DNA of 64,000 nt from Scyliorhinus canicula (lineage: Eukaryota), in contig NC_052149.1 in assembly GCF_902713615.1 (NCBI RefSeq), positions 125,987,256 to 126,051,255 on the forward strand. The letters are read 5' to 3'. The notes under the pieces are model-generated. The model did not search any database. It was not told where the DNA came from and was given only the letters and a program-made list of their open reading frames with translations. The position numbers were made by a program, and so were the translations under genes. This document shows positions 1-12,435 of the stretch, piece after piece; the first letter of the stretch is position 1, and each line of letters begins with the position of its first letter.

Positions 1-112
1 ATACAGGAGTGTAGTACTACTCAGTCGAGAAGATGTGTGATGAGATCAGATCAGTCCATAAGAGGGTCATTCAGGAGTCGGGTAACAGCGGGGAAGAAGC
101 TGTTTTTGAACC

Positions 113-327
113 CAGTAAGAAGTCTTACAACACCAGGTTAAAGTCCAACAGGTTTGTTTCAAATCACTAGCTTTCGGAGCACTGCTCCTTCATCAGGTGA
201 TTCACTTGAGGAAGGAGCAGTGCTCAGAAAGCTAGTGATTCAAAACAAACCTGTTGGACTTTAACCTGGTGTTGTAAGACTTCTTACTGTGCTCACCCCA
301 GTCCAACGCCGGCATTTCCACATCATG
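113..327. mobile_element. Penelope-like insertion with an ~88-bp inverted repeat
   Basis: 113-200 is the near-perfect reverse complement of 202-289. The insertion is flanked by the 11-bp duplication GTTTTTGAACC (102-112, 328-338). The family assignment is from recognition. Confidence 0.65.
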
Positions 328-840
328 GTTTTTGAACCTGTTAGTGCGTGTTCTCAGACTTTTGTATCTCCTGGTCGATGGAAGAAGTGGGAAGAGTGAG
401 TAAGCTGGGTGGGAGGGGTCTTTGATTATGCTGCCCGCTTTCCCAATGCAGTGGGAGGCGTAGACAGAGTCAGTGGATGGGAGGTGGGTTTGTGTAATGG
501 ACTGGGCTGTGTTCACGACTCTGTAGATTCTTACGGTGTTGGGCCGAGCAGTTGCCACACCAGGCTGTGATGCTGCCAGATAGGATGCTTACTATGGTGC
601 CTCTGTAAAAATTGGGAAGAGTTAATGTGGATATGCCAAATTTCCTTTGTTTCCTGAGAACGTATAGGCACTGTTGTGCTTTCTTGGTCACAGCCTCGAC
701 ATTGGTGGACAAGGACAGCTTATTGGTGATGTGCACACCTAGGAATTTGAAACTGTTAACCATCTCGGCACCATCTCCACCTCTACACCATTGATGCAGA
801 CAGGGGTGTGTATGATACTGCACTTCCTGAAGTCAATGAC

Positions 841-1140
841 TGATGGAACCATCAATTCACCAGACACGTGTTTCCGATATGAATCTAGGCTTTAATCAAC
901 TTACTTCAGAGCCAGCCTGTTACCCGTTGATGAACTCTTAGTGAACCCAGGCTGACTCTGGACAAGGGTATTTATACAGCTGCACTAGGAGGAGGAGTCA
1001 TGGGCGGAGCCAAGGGTTGAGCCCAGTACAAGTTCCTGAGTACTCCCAGCGCTACTCCTCCTAGTGGTAGGATAGCGCTACTGCGCTTACAAAGACAGTG
1101 TGAATTAACATATATACATCTATATATTACATTCACCACA
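841..1140 (-). mobile_element. Solo LTR, Gypsy (same family as 49868-50175)
   Basis: TG...CA ends, 5-bp TSD ATGAC, and termini (tgatggaaccatcaattcac / ttcaccaca) that match the LTR of the Gypsy element at 50 kb. Confidence 0.9.
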
Positions 1141-1931
1141 ATGACCAACTCTTCAGTTTCGCTGACATTGAGGGAGAGATTGTTGTCATTGCACCAGTCC
1201 ACGAGGTTCTCTATCTCCCTCCTGTACTCTGACTCATCACTGTTCAAGATCCGACCCACTATGGTTGTGTCATCAGCAAACCTGGACATGGAGTTGGAGC
1301 CAAACTTTGCCACGCAGTCGTGTGTGTATAGGAAATATAGTAGGGGGCTAGGTACGCAGCTTTAGAGGGCCCAGGTATTGAGGACAATCGTGCAGCCCCC
1401 CCAACCCCCACCAGCAGTAGAACCGGCATCGAAGAGGTGGCGCCTCTCCGGGTCCGAACCCCTCTCTCTCCCTCATCGGCCACGATGCCTGTTTCACGAT
1501 TGTTAAAAGCACAAGTGAACCTCGCAGTCGGGAACTCCCCCCGATGGAGGCGGAGAATCGCGGAGTCCTGGAGAATACCGGGTCAGGCACGCTGATATGC
1601 CAATGCCATTTTCTCTAAGTGAGGAATGGAACACAATGACGCTGCTGTCGAGGCCCTGGAGAATTGCCATTTTGTGTGAAACCGGCGCGCGCCATGATTT
1701 CAGAGTCAAAACAGATTCCCCACCGAATTGCATTTTGCGATTTTGGTGTTGGCCGACAGAGAAACCCGCCCAACATCTGTCCTTCCTGCAGTAACTGACT
1801 GCTTAACTAATAATGCAATGCCTCCTCCTCATTTACCCCCGCCCCTGTCTCGCCTGAAGATTTTATATCAGCTGCCAATCCTGCCCCTCCCTCAACCACA
1901 TCTCCGTGATGGCAACTATATCACAATTCCA

Positions 1932-2055
1932 CTGGCTGGATTCTCCGCCGGCGGATGCTTCATTTTGCCGGCAGCCCGGAGGTTTCCCAACGGTGTGGGG
2001 CTGCCCACAATGGGAAACTCCATTGTTTAGCTGGCGTAACGGAGCATCTCGCCAG
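1932..2055. mobile_element. Short GC-rich TIR element (MITE)
   Basis: Ends ctggctggattctccg / cggagcatctcgccag are imperfect inverted repeats of the GGGCGGGATTCTCC family. Confidence 0.55.
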
Positions 2056-2075
2056 TGGGGTGAAACAGAAATGTG

Positions 2076-2719
2076 GGGCGGGATTCTCCAACCCCCGCCG
2101 GGTCGAACAATAGCCGGGGGGCAGTGTGAAACCTGGGACCCCCCCTGGCAATTCTCCGGCCTGCGATGGGCCGAAGTCCCGCTGGTTCTATGCCAGTCCC
2201 GTTGACGTAGATCAGACTAGGTCCCTTACCGGCGGGACTGGCGGTGTGGGCGGGCTCCGGGGTCCTGGGGGGGCACGGTGCGATCTGGCCCCGGTGGGTG
2301 CCCCTCTGGTGGCCTGGCCCACGATTGGGGCCCCCGGTCGGGCCAGTGCCGTGTGGGCACTCTTTTCCTACGCGGCAACCATGTCAGCTTCCGCCATGGC
2401 CGCCGCGTAGGTGAACCCCCTCTGTGCATCCGCAGGGATGATGTCAGCAGCCGCTGACGCTCCCGCGCATGCGCGGACTTGCGCCGGCTGGCAGAGTCCC
2501 TTCGGCCCCGACTGGCATGGCGCCAAAGGCCTTCCATGCCAGCCGGCCAGGCGCCAACCACTCTGGGGCAGGCCTTGCCCCTAAAGGTGCGGTGGATTCC
2601 GCACCTTTAGGGCGGCCCGACGTCGGAATGGTTCACACTACTCCGTCCCACCGGGACCCCCCGCCCCGACGGGTATGGGAGAACCCGCCCGTGGTGTGGC
2701 GGGGTGGAGAATCCAGCCC
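2076..2719. mobile_element. GC-rich PIF/Harbinger-like MITE
   Basis: TIRs GGGCGGGATTCTCC / GGAGAATCCAGCCC, with a body similar to 28576-29293 and 59323-59672. Confidence 0.75.
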
Positions 2720-2759
2720 CACGTGTCAATCCTCGCCCTTAACTCATCCGCTTCACCTG

Positions 2760-3140
2760 TAATACTCCTGGCAATAAAGTAGATGCCATCCAGTCTTGCC
2801 TTACTCCCTTGAAACTTAATAAAGTTTTACTCCCGCTGACTCGATTGCTTTACTGAATTATGCTGCGTCCCTATTGTGCTAACATTCTGTGATCCCCGCT
2901 CCTTGCCAAATGATTTTAAACTCCTCCCAACACCACGAGCAAACCACAAGGATGTTAGTCCCTCTGTGTTTGAGATGTCGACTGTCCCGCTTGCACAGGT
3001 CCCACTTTCACCACAAATGGTCCCAGGATCTAGGAATTTACACCCCTCCCTCCTGCACCAGCTCTTAAACCACGCGTTAATCTGCATTATTCTCCTATTT
3101 CTGTGCTCACTCGCACCTGGCACTGGGAGTAATCCAGAGA
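2760..3140 (-). mobile_element. CR1 ORF1 (SGNH esterase) fragment
   Basis: Translation RNRRIMQINAWFKSWCRREGCKFLD. Confidence 0.65.
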
Positions 3141-3143
3141 TTA

Positions 3144-3457
3144 CAATAATAATAATAATCTTTATTGTCACAAGTAGGTTTACATTAACACTGCAATGAA
3201 TTTACTGTGATAAGCCCCTAGTCACCACATTCTGGTGCCTGTTTGGGTTCACTGAGGGAGAATTCAGAATGTCCAAATTACCTAACAGCACATCTGTCGG
3301 GACTTGTGGGAGGAAACCGGAGCATCCGGAGGAAGCTCATGCAGACACAGGGAGAACGTGCAGACTCCACACAAACAGTGACCCAAGCCAGGTATCGAAC
3401 CTGGGACCCTGGAGCTGTGAAGCACATAGTGCTACCCACTGTGCTACCATACTGCCC
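3144..3457 (-). mobile_element. tRNA-derived SINE (HE1/V-SINE-like head), GTGACAATAAA+(TAA)n tail
   Basis: The minus strand has A-box and B-box-like sequence (gtgggtagc...ggttcgatacc) and ends ttgtgacaataaagattattatt. Confidence 0.85.
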
Positions 3458-3465
3458 AACCCGAG

Positions 3466-4258
3466 GTGGTCTGTACTCTCCCCGCTAAGGGGAGTGGGAG
3501 TGTGTTCCACCTCTGTAGATCCTTTTTAACTTCCTCCACCAGGCTGGTCAGGTTTCCCTTGTGGATCTGTGTCCAGTCTCTGGCTATCTGGATCCCCAGG
3601 TATTGGAATCTATTCTGGGCTGTTTTAAACGGGAGCCCCTCCAGCTCTGTCCCTCCTCCCTGTTGGGGTTCACTGGGAATGCCTCACATTTTCCCAGGTT
3701 AAGTTTGTAACCCAAGAAGGCTCCGCGTTCTTTCAGGATCTGAATAATTGTCTCCAGTCCCTCCTGTGGCTTCGAGACAGAGAGGAGTAGGTCATCCACA
3801 TAGAGTGAGACTCTGTGCTCTCTGTCTCCTCTCCAGATTCCCTTCCAGCTTTTTGCATCCCACAGGGTTATCACCAGGGGTTTGATTGCTCGTGCGAACA
3901 GGAGCAGGGACAGTGGGCATCCCTGCCTTGTATTCAGAGCTGGCATCTTGAGAATGTTGTATCAGAGTCTCACCCAGTCGCCCGTCTCCAACCTCACATC
4001 CATGTAATATGGAGCGTGGTCGGAGATGACGATCACGGGATATTCTGATCCTATGATTCCTGGAAGCACCAATTTCCCCACTGCAAAAAGTCGATACGGG
4101 TGTATTCCCTGCGCACCTGCAAATAGAACATGAATTCCTTTTCTCCCAGGTGTAGGAACCTCCACAGGTCCACCGCCCCCATCTGCTCCATGAACGTTCC
4201 CAATTCCCGAGCCATGCCAGTCTTTTTCCCCGTGCTGGGGTTTGATTGGTTGGTCAGT
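3466..4258 (-). mobile_element. L1-clade LINE ORF2 fragments (endonuclease C-terminus fused by deletion to RT)
   Basis: Translations VISDHAPYYMDVRLE, TRQGCPLSLLLF...SLYVDDLLL...GYKLNLGKCE and LPLPLAGRVQT. Confidence 0.85.
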
Positions 4259-4263
4259 GTAGT

Positions 4264-7200
4264 TGTAGTACCCTCAATAACGTCGCAAGAGAGTAGAACG
4301 GTAAAGAAGGCTTTAATAAGCTAAGAACTAGCCTGATGCCGAGACGGGTACTTACTGGGTGCCGCCTGCAGGGCGGCCCCTTATATACAACTCCCTGGTG
4401 GGCGGAGCCGGAGGCGGAGTCCCCCAGGGTTCCAAGCCCGGTCTTAAAGGGGACATCACCTTACATGATGCTAAGGGTACAGTAATACAGTAACCATTCA
4501 TCACATTTACCCCCTGTTTAAAAAAACCAAGTCCGGCGGGGGTGAAGTGGAATCACAAGTCTATTTGTTTCGGCGGCCAGATCATCCTCATCGACCTCTT
4601 CAGCTCGGGCAGTGGTGCGGTGGACACAGATGTCTTAGTTGACGGTACATCTGGGAGCACGGTGGTCGGAGCTTTGGTCGGGTTGGGGTAGAGGTCCGGG
4701 GCGCAGGGGGAATAGCTGGGGCTGGAGGTAGCAGTGCCAGCGCCGGTGGGGGGTGGAGGGGGGGGCGCTAGGGGGCACGCGCGGTCGGTGTCCACCGACA
4801 TGGAGGGGGACCGGGGAGGGGGGCAGTAGTAGGTGCCAGGTCCCACAGGGGAACCATGAGGGGGTGGCGTCTGCTGTGGGGGAACCAGCGGGTGCCAGAT
4901 CGTGGAGGGAAACCGTGTCTTGCCTGCCGTCGGGGTGCTCGACGTAGCCGTATTGGGGGTTCGCATGTAGTAGTCAGACCCTCTCGACCTCAGGGTCCGT
5001 TTTATGGCTCCTCGCCTGCCTCCAGAGAAGAACAGGTTCCGGAGTTGTCAGCCAAGGTGGAGACCCCGGAGGTGGACTTCCTGGGGAAGACAAACCAGCC
5101 GTTGTGAGGGGTCTCATTCGTGGCCTTGCAGAGGAGCGACCTAATGGAGTGTAGGGTATTGGGTAGGACCTCCTGCCAGCGGGTGGTTGGGAGACTTCTT
5201 GACCGTAGGGCCAGAAGGACAGCCTTCCAAACTGTCGCGTTCTCCCTCTCCACCTGCCCGTTTCCCTGCGGGTTATAACTGGTTATTCTGCTTGAGGCAA
5301 TGCCCTTGCTGAGCAGATACTGACGCAGCTCTTGGCTCATGAACGATGTACCCCGGTCACTGTGGATATCAGCGGGGAAACCGAACAGCGTGAAGGTGCT
5401 GTGCAGTGCCTTGATCACGGTGGCTGAGGTCATGTCGGGACAGGGGACGGCGGATGGGAAGAGGGAGAACTCGTCGATGACGGTTAGAAAGTAAGTATTG
5501 CAGTTGGTGGACGGGAGGGGGCCTTTGAAGTCCACGCTTAGTCTCTCAAAGGGCCGGAGGCCTTTACGAGGTGAGCCTTGTCTGGCCGGTAGAAGTGCGT
5601 TGCACTCCGCACAGATCTGGCAAGCCCTGGTCATGGCCTTGACCTCCTCGGTTGAGTAAGGTAGGTTGCGGGACTTGATAAAGTGGGCAAGCCGGGTAAC
5701 CCCCGGGTGACAGAGGTCATTGTGGATGGCTTGCAGGCGATTCTCCTGCGCGTTGGCGCACGTGCCGCGGGACAGGGCACCTGGGGGTTCGTTGAGCTCC
5801 CCTGGACAATACTTGATATCGTACGTGTAGGTAGAGAGTTCGATCCTCCACCTCAAGATTTTATCATTTTTAATTTTGCCCCGTTATGCATTATCAAACA
5901 TGAAGGCTACCGACCGTTGGTCGGTGACGAGGGTGAACCTCCTACCGGCAAGGTAGTGCCTCCAGTGCCGCACAGCCGCCACAATGGCTTGCGCTTCCTT
6001 CTCGACAGAGGAGCGTCGAATCTCGGAGGCGGTGAAAGTCCGGGAGAAGAAAGCTACTGGTCTGCCTGCCTGGTTGAGGGTAGCAGCCAGGGCGAAGTCT
6101 GACGCATTGCTCTCTCCCTGGAAAGGGATGGTTTCATCCACCGTGTGCATAGCAGCCTTGATGATGTCGGCCTTGATACGGCTGAAGGCCGACCGGGCCT
6201 CAGCCATCAGGGAAAATGTTGTGGTCTTTATGAGTGGGTGGGCTTTGTCCGCATATCTGGGGACCCACTGGGCGTAATAGGAGAAAAGCCCCAAGCACCG
6301 TTTGAGGGCCTTGAGGCTGCGGGGGAGGGGAAGTTCCTTAAGGGAGCGCATGCGATCGGGGTCGGGACCTAGGACCTCGTTTTCCATGATGTAGCTGAGG
6401 ATGGCGAGTCGGGTTGTGTGGAACATGCATTTTTCCTTGTTGTAGGTCAGGTTGAGGGCTCGGGCGGTCTGGAGGAACTTTTCGAGGTTCGCGTCATGGT
6501 CCTGCTGATCATGGCTGCAGATGGTGACATTGTCCAAGTATTTGTATGTAGGCCGCAAGTCGTACTGGTCCACCATTTGGTCCATCGCCCTCTGGAAGAC
6601 GGAGGCCCCATTTGTGACACCGAAGGGGCCCCTGCGGAAGTGGAGGAGCCGGCCGGCTGCTTCGAAGGCAGTATAGGGGTGGTCTTTCGGTCGGATAGGG
6701 AGCTGGTGGTAGGCGGATTTCAGATAGATATTGGTATGGTAGCATGACTAGGGGTATTACGGTACCTGGGAGTGTGAGCTGCCATTGGTGCAGAGGGCTC
6801 GCTGCCCATTGGCCCAAGTACCGTGTCCTCTGGATTCTCATTGGTCGAGTGGAAGGTAGCTCCGCCTACGAGGCGGGGTATAAGAACCCGTGTTCCCAGC
6901 AGCCAGGTTATTTCTGTACTCCTGCTGCTGGGCACACTTCTTGCTGATTAAAGCTTTTTGTTTCGGACTACACCTATGTTTCGCGTCCATTGATTGTGCA
7001 TCAAGTGGAAAATACCCGGTATTGAGCGATCCGATTTACCTGTTCTGCTATGTGAGGAAGGGTGTACGCACGAGCTGCGTGAAACGGTTTATTATCTGGC
7101 TATAATCCATGACCATCCGTTTCATTTCCCCGGACCGGACTACCACCACTTGTGCTCTCCAGTGGCTCTTGCTGGCCTCGATGACCCCCTCTCCCAGTAG

Positions 7201-8618
7201 CCGCTGGACCTCTGACTTGATAAAAGTCATGTCTTGGGCACTATACCGCCGGCTCCTGGTGGTGACGGGCTTACAGTCGGGAGTGAAGTTCGCGAATAGA
7301 GAGGGGGGTGCGACTTTCAGCGTCGCAAGGCTGCGTGCCGTGAGGGGGGGCAGGGGTCCGCTGAACTTCAGTGTCAGGCTTCGGTGGCTGCATTGGAAAT
7401 CCAGCCCGAGCAGCAGGGGGCGCAGAGGTGAGGGAGGATATAAAGTTGAAATGAGCGTATTTGGCGCCCTGGATTGAGAGATCCGCAATACAATATCCCG
7501 TGATTTGGACCGAGTGGGACCCGAAGGCTAGGGCTATGGTTTGGTAAACGGGATGGGTGCGCAAGGAGCAGCGCCTTACCGTTTCTGGATGGATAAAGCT
7601 CTCCATGCTCCCGGAGTCGAAGAGGCATGGAATGTCGCCCCCGTTGACCTGGACCTGCATCATGGAATTCTGCAGGTGCTTTGGCCGCGTTTGCTCTAGG
7701 GTGATAGCTCCAAGTTGCTGGTAGTCCCGAGTCCTCAGCCGAGTCGGATTCGCAAAATGGCAGCTGCCGTTGGTCGCACGTGTCGGGTCGAGGAAATGGC
7801 CGCTGCCAAGATGATCGCCCCATGATTCGCACGAAGCAGATGACACGTCAGAAGGGGGTGTGTCCAGTCAGTGCGCAGCCTCGTTGCAAGGCCTGCGGCC
7901 TGTGAGCCTGATTTTCGGGCCTGATAATCCATTTGTTTCTGGCCCTTGGGCCTAGCCAGGCAGACCCTCGTGAAAAGCCCCTTCTTCCCGCAGTCGCTGC
8001 AGATGGCGGAGTGGGCTGGCAGCGCGGACGCGGGTGCTGGCCCTGCCCACAGAAATAGCACGGTGTGCCCCCGGTCTGAGCGGGTCGCTGCACGGTGCAG
8101 GCCCGTAGCATGGCCAAGTCTGGGGAAGTCCGAGGGGGGCTTGCAGGGTCCGTGGGGTACGTGCCCAGATTGTGGCGGGCCATTTCCAGTGAGGTGGCGA
8201 GCGTTACCGTGTCCTGGAAATCTTTTCCTTAATTTTCGAGTAGTCGCTGCCGGATGTAGGTGGAACGGATGCCGGACACGAAAGCGTCTCGGATGTGCAG
8301 GTTCACGTGGACTTCCCCCGTCACATCCTGATGATTGCAGTTTCTGGCGAGCGCGGTGAGTTTTTCTACGAACTCGTCTAGCGTTTCCCCTGAGTGCTGC
8401 CGGCAGGTAGAGAGCAGATGCCGGGCATGTACCTCATTTATGGGTTTGACGAACCCCTTGCGTTGGATCTCGACCGCCTCGTCATAAGTAGTCGCCTTCT
8501 CAATTGAGGCGGAGATTCTGTGACTCACCTGGGCGTGGAGTAGGCGCAGCTTGCGTGGCCCTAGGTGGGAGTCTCCGAGGATTCCAGGTAGGATTCCCCT
8601 CGCCCTCGTCCGTAGCAT
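4264..8618 (-). mobile_element. Ty3/Gypsy element A (Mag-like), 5'-truncated and frameshifted: gag-PR-RT-RH-INT plus 3' LTR
   Basis: Gag with two zinc-knuckle motifs (CYFCGQGQHPRPRC, CSDCGKKGLFTRVC), protease LFDSGS, RT YLDN, and integrase HNDLCHPG / VDFKGP / SDRG / GQVER. Polypurine tract at 4506-4518; LTR 4264-4505. Confidence 0.93.
6735..7003 (+). mobile_element. Solo LTR inserted in the RT of Gypsy A
   Basis: It splits the VFST|IDLKSAYH motif, is flanked by attgg/agtgg (5 bp, one mismatch), and is related to 30129-30431 and 10121-10363. Confidence 0.8.
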
Positions 8619-8701
8619 GAATGATATGTCTGTCCCACCCAGCCCTTCCTTACCAGCAGTCAGTCCTTTTCCCTCAGGTATGTCTCCTCGAGGTAGACTA
8701 T

Positions 8702-9005
8702 GGGTGGCATGGTAACACAGTGGTTAGCACTGCTGCTTCAGAGCGCCAGGGTCCCAGGTTCGATTCCCTGCTTGAGTCACTGTGCGGTACCTGCACATTC
8801 TCCGAGTGTCTGTGTGGGTTTCCTCCGGGTGCTCCGGTTTCCTCCCACAAGTCCTGAAAGATGTGCTGTTAGGTAATTTGGACATTCTGAATTCTCCCTC
8901 CTTGTACCTGAACAGGCGCCAGAATGTGGTAACTAGGGGCTTTTCACGGTAACTTCATTGAAGTGTTAATGTCAGCCTGATTGTGACAATAAAGATTATT
9001 ATAAA
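8702..9005 (+). mobile_element. tRNA-derived SINE, GTGACAATAAA tail
   Basis: Head cacagtggttagc...ggttcgattcc; ends gtgacaataaagattatt. Confidence 0.85.
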
Positions 9006-10120
9006 TTATAAATCATTATGTCAGCCTTCAGGCTTCTCAGGGGGCGAAGTCTCTGGATCTTTTCACTGGGCCGTTAAGTCCCTTTACGTTCCAGGTAACA
9101 ATCCTGGTGGGAGGTTTCTGACCCCCGTGGTCCTGCGGGATCACCCATACTTACCCGTTGGATGCGCCCCTGCAACCCTGGGTTTCCTTTTGAAAGGGGG
9201 CCGTCCAAAATGGCCCTGGTCGCTGCTCTCACCATGACGTCGGCCCCCTGTGCTCCAGGGTTTCCCTTTGTCCAGGGGGAACCCAACGCAGCCGTTAACT
9301 ATGTGTATGCCACGTGGGTGTGCCCCTGTGCTCCGGGGTCTCCCTTTGCCAAGGGTCCTCCCGAGTGGCTGCTTGCGGCACCATCTTGGTTCCTCGCCCT
9401 GTTCCACGCCTGCTGAGGCCTGTGTCTTCTCTCTGCCAAGCCTTTCCTGTCTTTCACTCCCTTTCTGTTCTGTGCAAACCCTCCCCATCCCCGTTACCCC
9501 CCCTCCATACCCCCCCACCACCCCATCTCCCTTCTGCCCTGTCCACCCCCCCCCCCCCCCCCCCCCCTTTAGCCAGACGCTCCCTCTCCCCTGGGAGGTG
9601 CGCTGCGGCATCCCTTACTGCCTGTCTTCCCGTGCTAGCCCTCCTCGCTAGTACGGTGCCTCCCCTCCCAGTGCTGATCTAGCCCTGTCCCTATTCTGCC
9701 TACCTGTCTCTATCCCGTACCTCGCCCCCTTACCTGCTTCCCCTATTCTTGCTCCCTTCTCTCTGTTTCCCATCTTCAAACCGAAAACCAAGACGAAAAC
9801 GAAAACGAGGCAGCATAGTCCCGCGCAAAAACACAGTCCATATTACAGTCCTTGGGCTGGATTATCCGATCCCCAACGGCGGAATCGCCTTTGGCAATGG
9901 GCCAGAGAATCCCCGATGACGACACAATTGCCGCTTTCGTGATGTTCCGCCCCCCTCATTGCCTGAGGCCAGCCCCACGATACTCCATCCCCAACCCACC
10001 GAGTTCCCGACTGCGTGGGACACATGTGGCTTCACCCGTCGGGAATTCAGCATGGCGTCTGTGGACTCAATCGAGTGCCGCTACAGTCGGGTCCCTTCCC
10101 TCAATCCCCTCCGTCAGACC

Positions 10121-10363
10121 TGTGGTAATCTCTACGACTGTATATAAGTGTGTGCTTGCATTAGGGGATGTACGACAGTACCTGTATTACAGGTTTTCCG
10201 GTAAGCCCGTGCCGGCTAGCTCCACCCACAGGGAGCAGTATAAATATTCATAAGTTTCCCTGAGATGCCATTCTACAGCTGCAGCCGGAGGAATAGCATC
10301 TCACTGTAATAAAGCCTCTCTTGTACCATATCGAGTTTTTTGTGTGCAATTGTTAGCGCCATA
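10121..10363 (+). mobile_element. Solo LTR inserted in L1 ORF1
   Basis: 5-bp TSD AGACC (10116-10120, 10364-10368). Removing the insertion restores VRIMGLTEGIEGRDPT. Confidence 0.85.
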
Positions 10364-11039
10364 AGACCCATGATGCGGACATTCTGCCGCCAGGACCTGT
10401 TCTCCTGGTCTTCGACCTTCCCCTTTAAGTTCCCCAGGGCTGCCACCAACCTCTTCACCTCGGCCTCCAGAGCTACGATCTTGTCGCTCGGGTCCGTTGA
10501 CGCCTTCTGCAGGTACAAGTTTGTCCTATCCTGTGCCTCCACCTTCTGTCCCAGGCCTTCTATCGTGCACTGAAAGGTGGCTATTGCTTCTGTAACCACC
10601 TCCTTCACCACCACCTGGAACTCTATTTTTATCGCTTCCTTCATGCCGGTCAGTTCCTTTTTATGACGCTCTTCTATCCGTCCCCCTGTGTAGGGGAGGG
10701 GGGTGTCGTTGTCCACTCCTGCTCTGCCGTTCGGATCGCTGAGCTCCCCCTGTCCTGGTTTGCCTGGGTCTCCACTTCACCTCGTGGGGCCGCCGGTCCG
10801 CTCGCCAGTTGCTCCTACCCCTTTCCTCTGCTTCTGCCTTCTCGTTGGCCATTCAAACTGCTGTTTGACGGCATCTTCTATTCCTACTCATCGCTGTTCC
10901 TGCCTTTTAAGTTTGTGGAAGGTTTAGGGGCAAAATCTCAAAACAAATTGTTACGTTAGGTCCAGCTGAGAGGAGAGCCACCTGATGTGTGTCTGCTCAG
11001 CACGTCACCACCACCGGAAGTCGGGTGAGGTGGAATTTC

Positions 11040-11960
11040 GGGGCTTCAGCGTACATGTGAAAACTAACGCTGTGTCTTTGGATCATGTCACCCAGGGGCA
11101 GCATGTAAATGATAAATAGGAGGGGCCATGGATTGATCCCTGGGGGACACCAGAGGTAACAGTGCTGGAACAGGAAGAGAAGCCATTGTAAGTGATTCTC
11201 TGACTGGGATTAGATAGATAAGAATGGAACCAGGGGAGAGCAGTCCCACCCAGCTGGGTAACAGTGGAGAGGTGTTGGAGGAGGATGGTGTGGTCACCGT
11301 GTCCAAGGCTGCAGACAGCTGGAGAAGGATGAGGAGGGAAAGTTTCCCTTTGTCACAGTCACACACAGTGTCATTTGTCACTTTGAGAAGAACCATTTTG
11401 TAATGTGACAGGGGCAGAAACTTGATTGGAGGGATTGAAACACAAGTCCCGGGAAAGATGGGAATGGGTTTTGGAGGAAACACCACGTTCAAGGAATAAA
11501 AACAGTTCAATGGGAATAGGATCGAGGGACAGGAAGTGGGTCTCATGGACAAGATGAGCTCAGAGAGGGCATGAGGGGAGATAGGAGAGAAACTAGAGAA
11601 AGATGTGAGTTCAGGGCCCGGGCAGGGGGGAGAATTAGAGGAAGTTTGACCAGATGGGCGAGTGACCGGGAGGGACGTGGCCGAGGCAGCTGATTGGATC
11701 GTCTCAATTTGAGTGACAAAGATGTCCATCAGCTCCTCCCACTTGTTGTTGGAGGTGAGGGTGGAGGGGACAGGGGAGAGGGGGTTTAAGAAGATGGCCG
11801 ACAGTGGAGAAAAGATCCCGGGGATTATCTTTACATTCCAGGATGATCCTGGAATAGTGAGCAGTTTTAGCAGATGGGAGTAGGAGCCGGGAATGTTTGA
11901 AGTGGTCCAGCCGGATCTGACAGTGGATGGAGTGACAACTGGATGACTTTAGGAATATTG
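11040..11960 (-). mobile_element. L2 LINE RT fragment
   Basis: Translation LLKVTNDTVCDCDKGKLSLLILLQLSAALDTV. Confidence 0.8.
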
Positions 11961-12435
11961 GATTCTAAGTATTGGGCAATTTAAGGGTTAAAGGTCTGGG
12001 GCTAGAGTGTGTTTGACTGCAGTGGTCATATATATTTTTTTTAATAATCCTGTTTTACTGGACTTGGGTGCACTCAGCTGCCAGAAAGTGAAATTAACAA
12101 AGGAATGTGTTTTTCAGTCTGGGCTAATAGACTGTGTTTGACTGTGAAAGTTACTGGGGAGATAATGGCCGGGTTGCTCCAAAAACGCGGCTGAGTGTTG
12201 ACGCCGGCGTAAACACCAGAGTGTTTCACGCCAGCGTCAATGGGCCTCTTGGCCCAGCGATTCTGTGGCCTACAGGTAGCCAGCACGGGGCCGGAGTGCT
12301 CTGCACTGCTCCAGCCGCTGACAAGCGGTCCTACGCTACTGGCCGCGGGTCCACGCATGCGTGCGGCGGCCACTTCCACGCTGGCGCCAAGTGACATGGC
12401 GGAGCCATACAGCAGGCCAACACGGAAGAAGATAG

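Larger units (their letters stand above)
1..1345 (-). mobile_element. Rex1/Babar-type LINE fragment (RT and 3' region), interrupted by a Penelope-like insertion and a solo LTR
   Basis: Translations FADDTTIVGRILNSDESEYRREIENLVDWCNDNNLSLNV and IIKDPSHPAYSLFPLLPSTRRYKSLRTRTNRFKN. Confidence 0.8.
8619..11022 (-). mobile_element. 5' part of the same L1: 5' UTR, ORF1, inter-ORF region and endonuclease start
   Basis: ORF1 coiled coil and ENRSWRQNVRIMGLTEGIEGRDPT, the EN N-terminal fragment LREKD..VRKGWVGQTYH at about 8620-8680, and a 5' end acttccggtggtgg. Confidence 0.75.

Noticed and set aside
841-1140. RAG-like/Transib transposon suggested by 5-bp TSDs near an Ig locus
   Set aside because: The ends are TG...CA LTR termini matching a Gypsy element with a polypurine tract, not CAC-initiated RSS-like TIRs.
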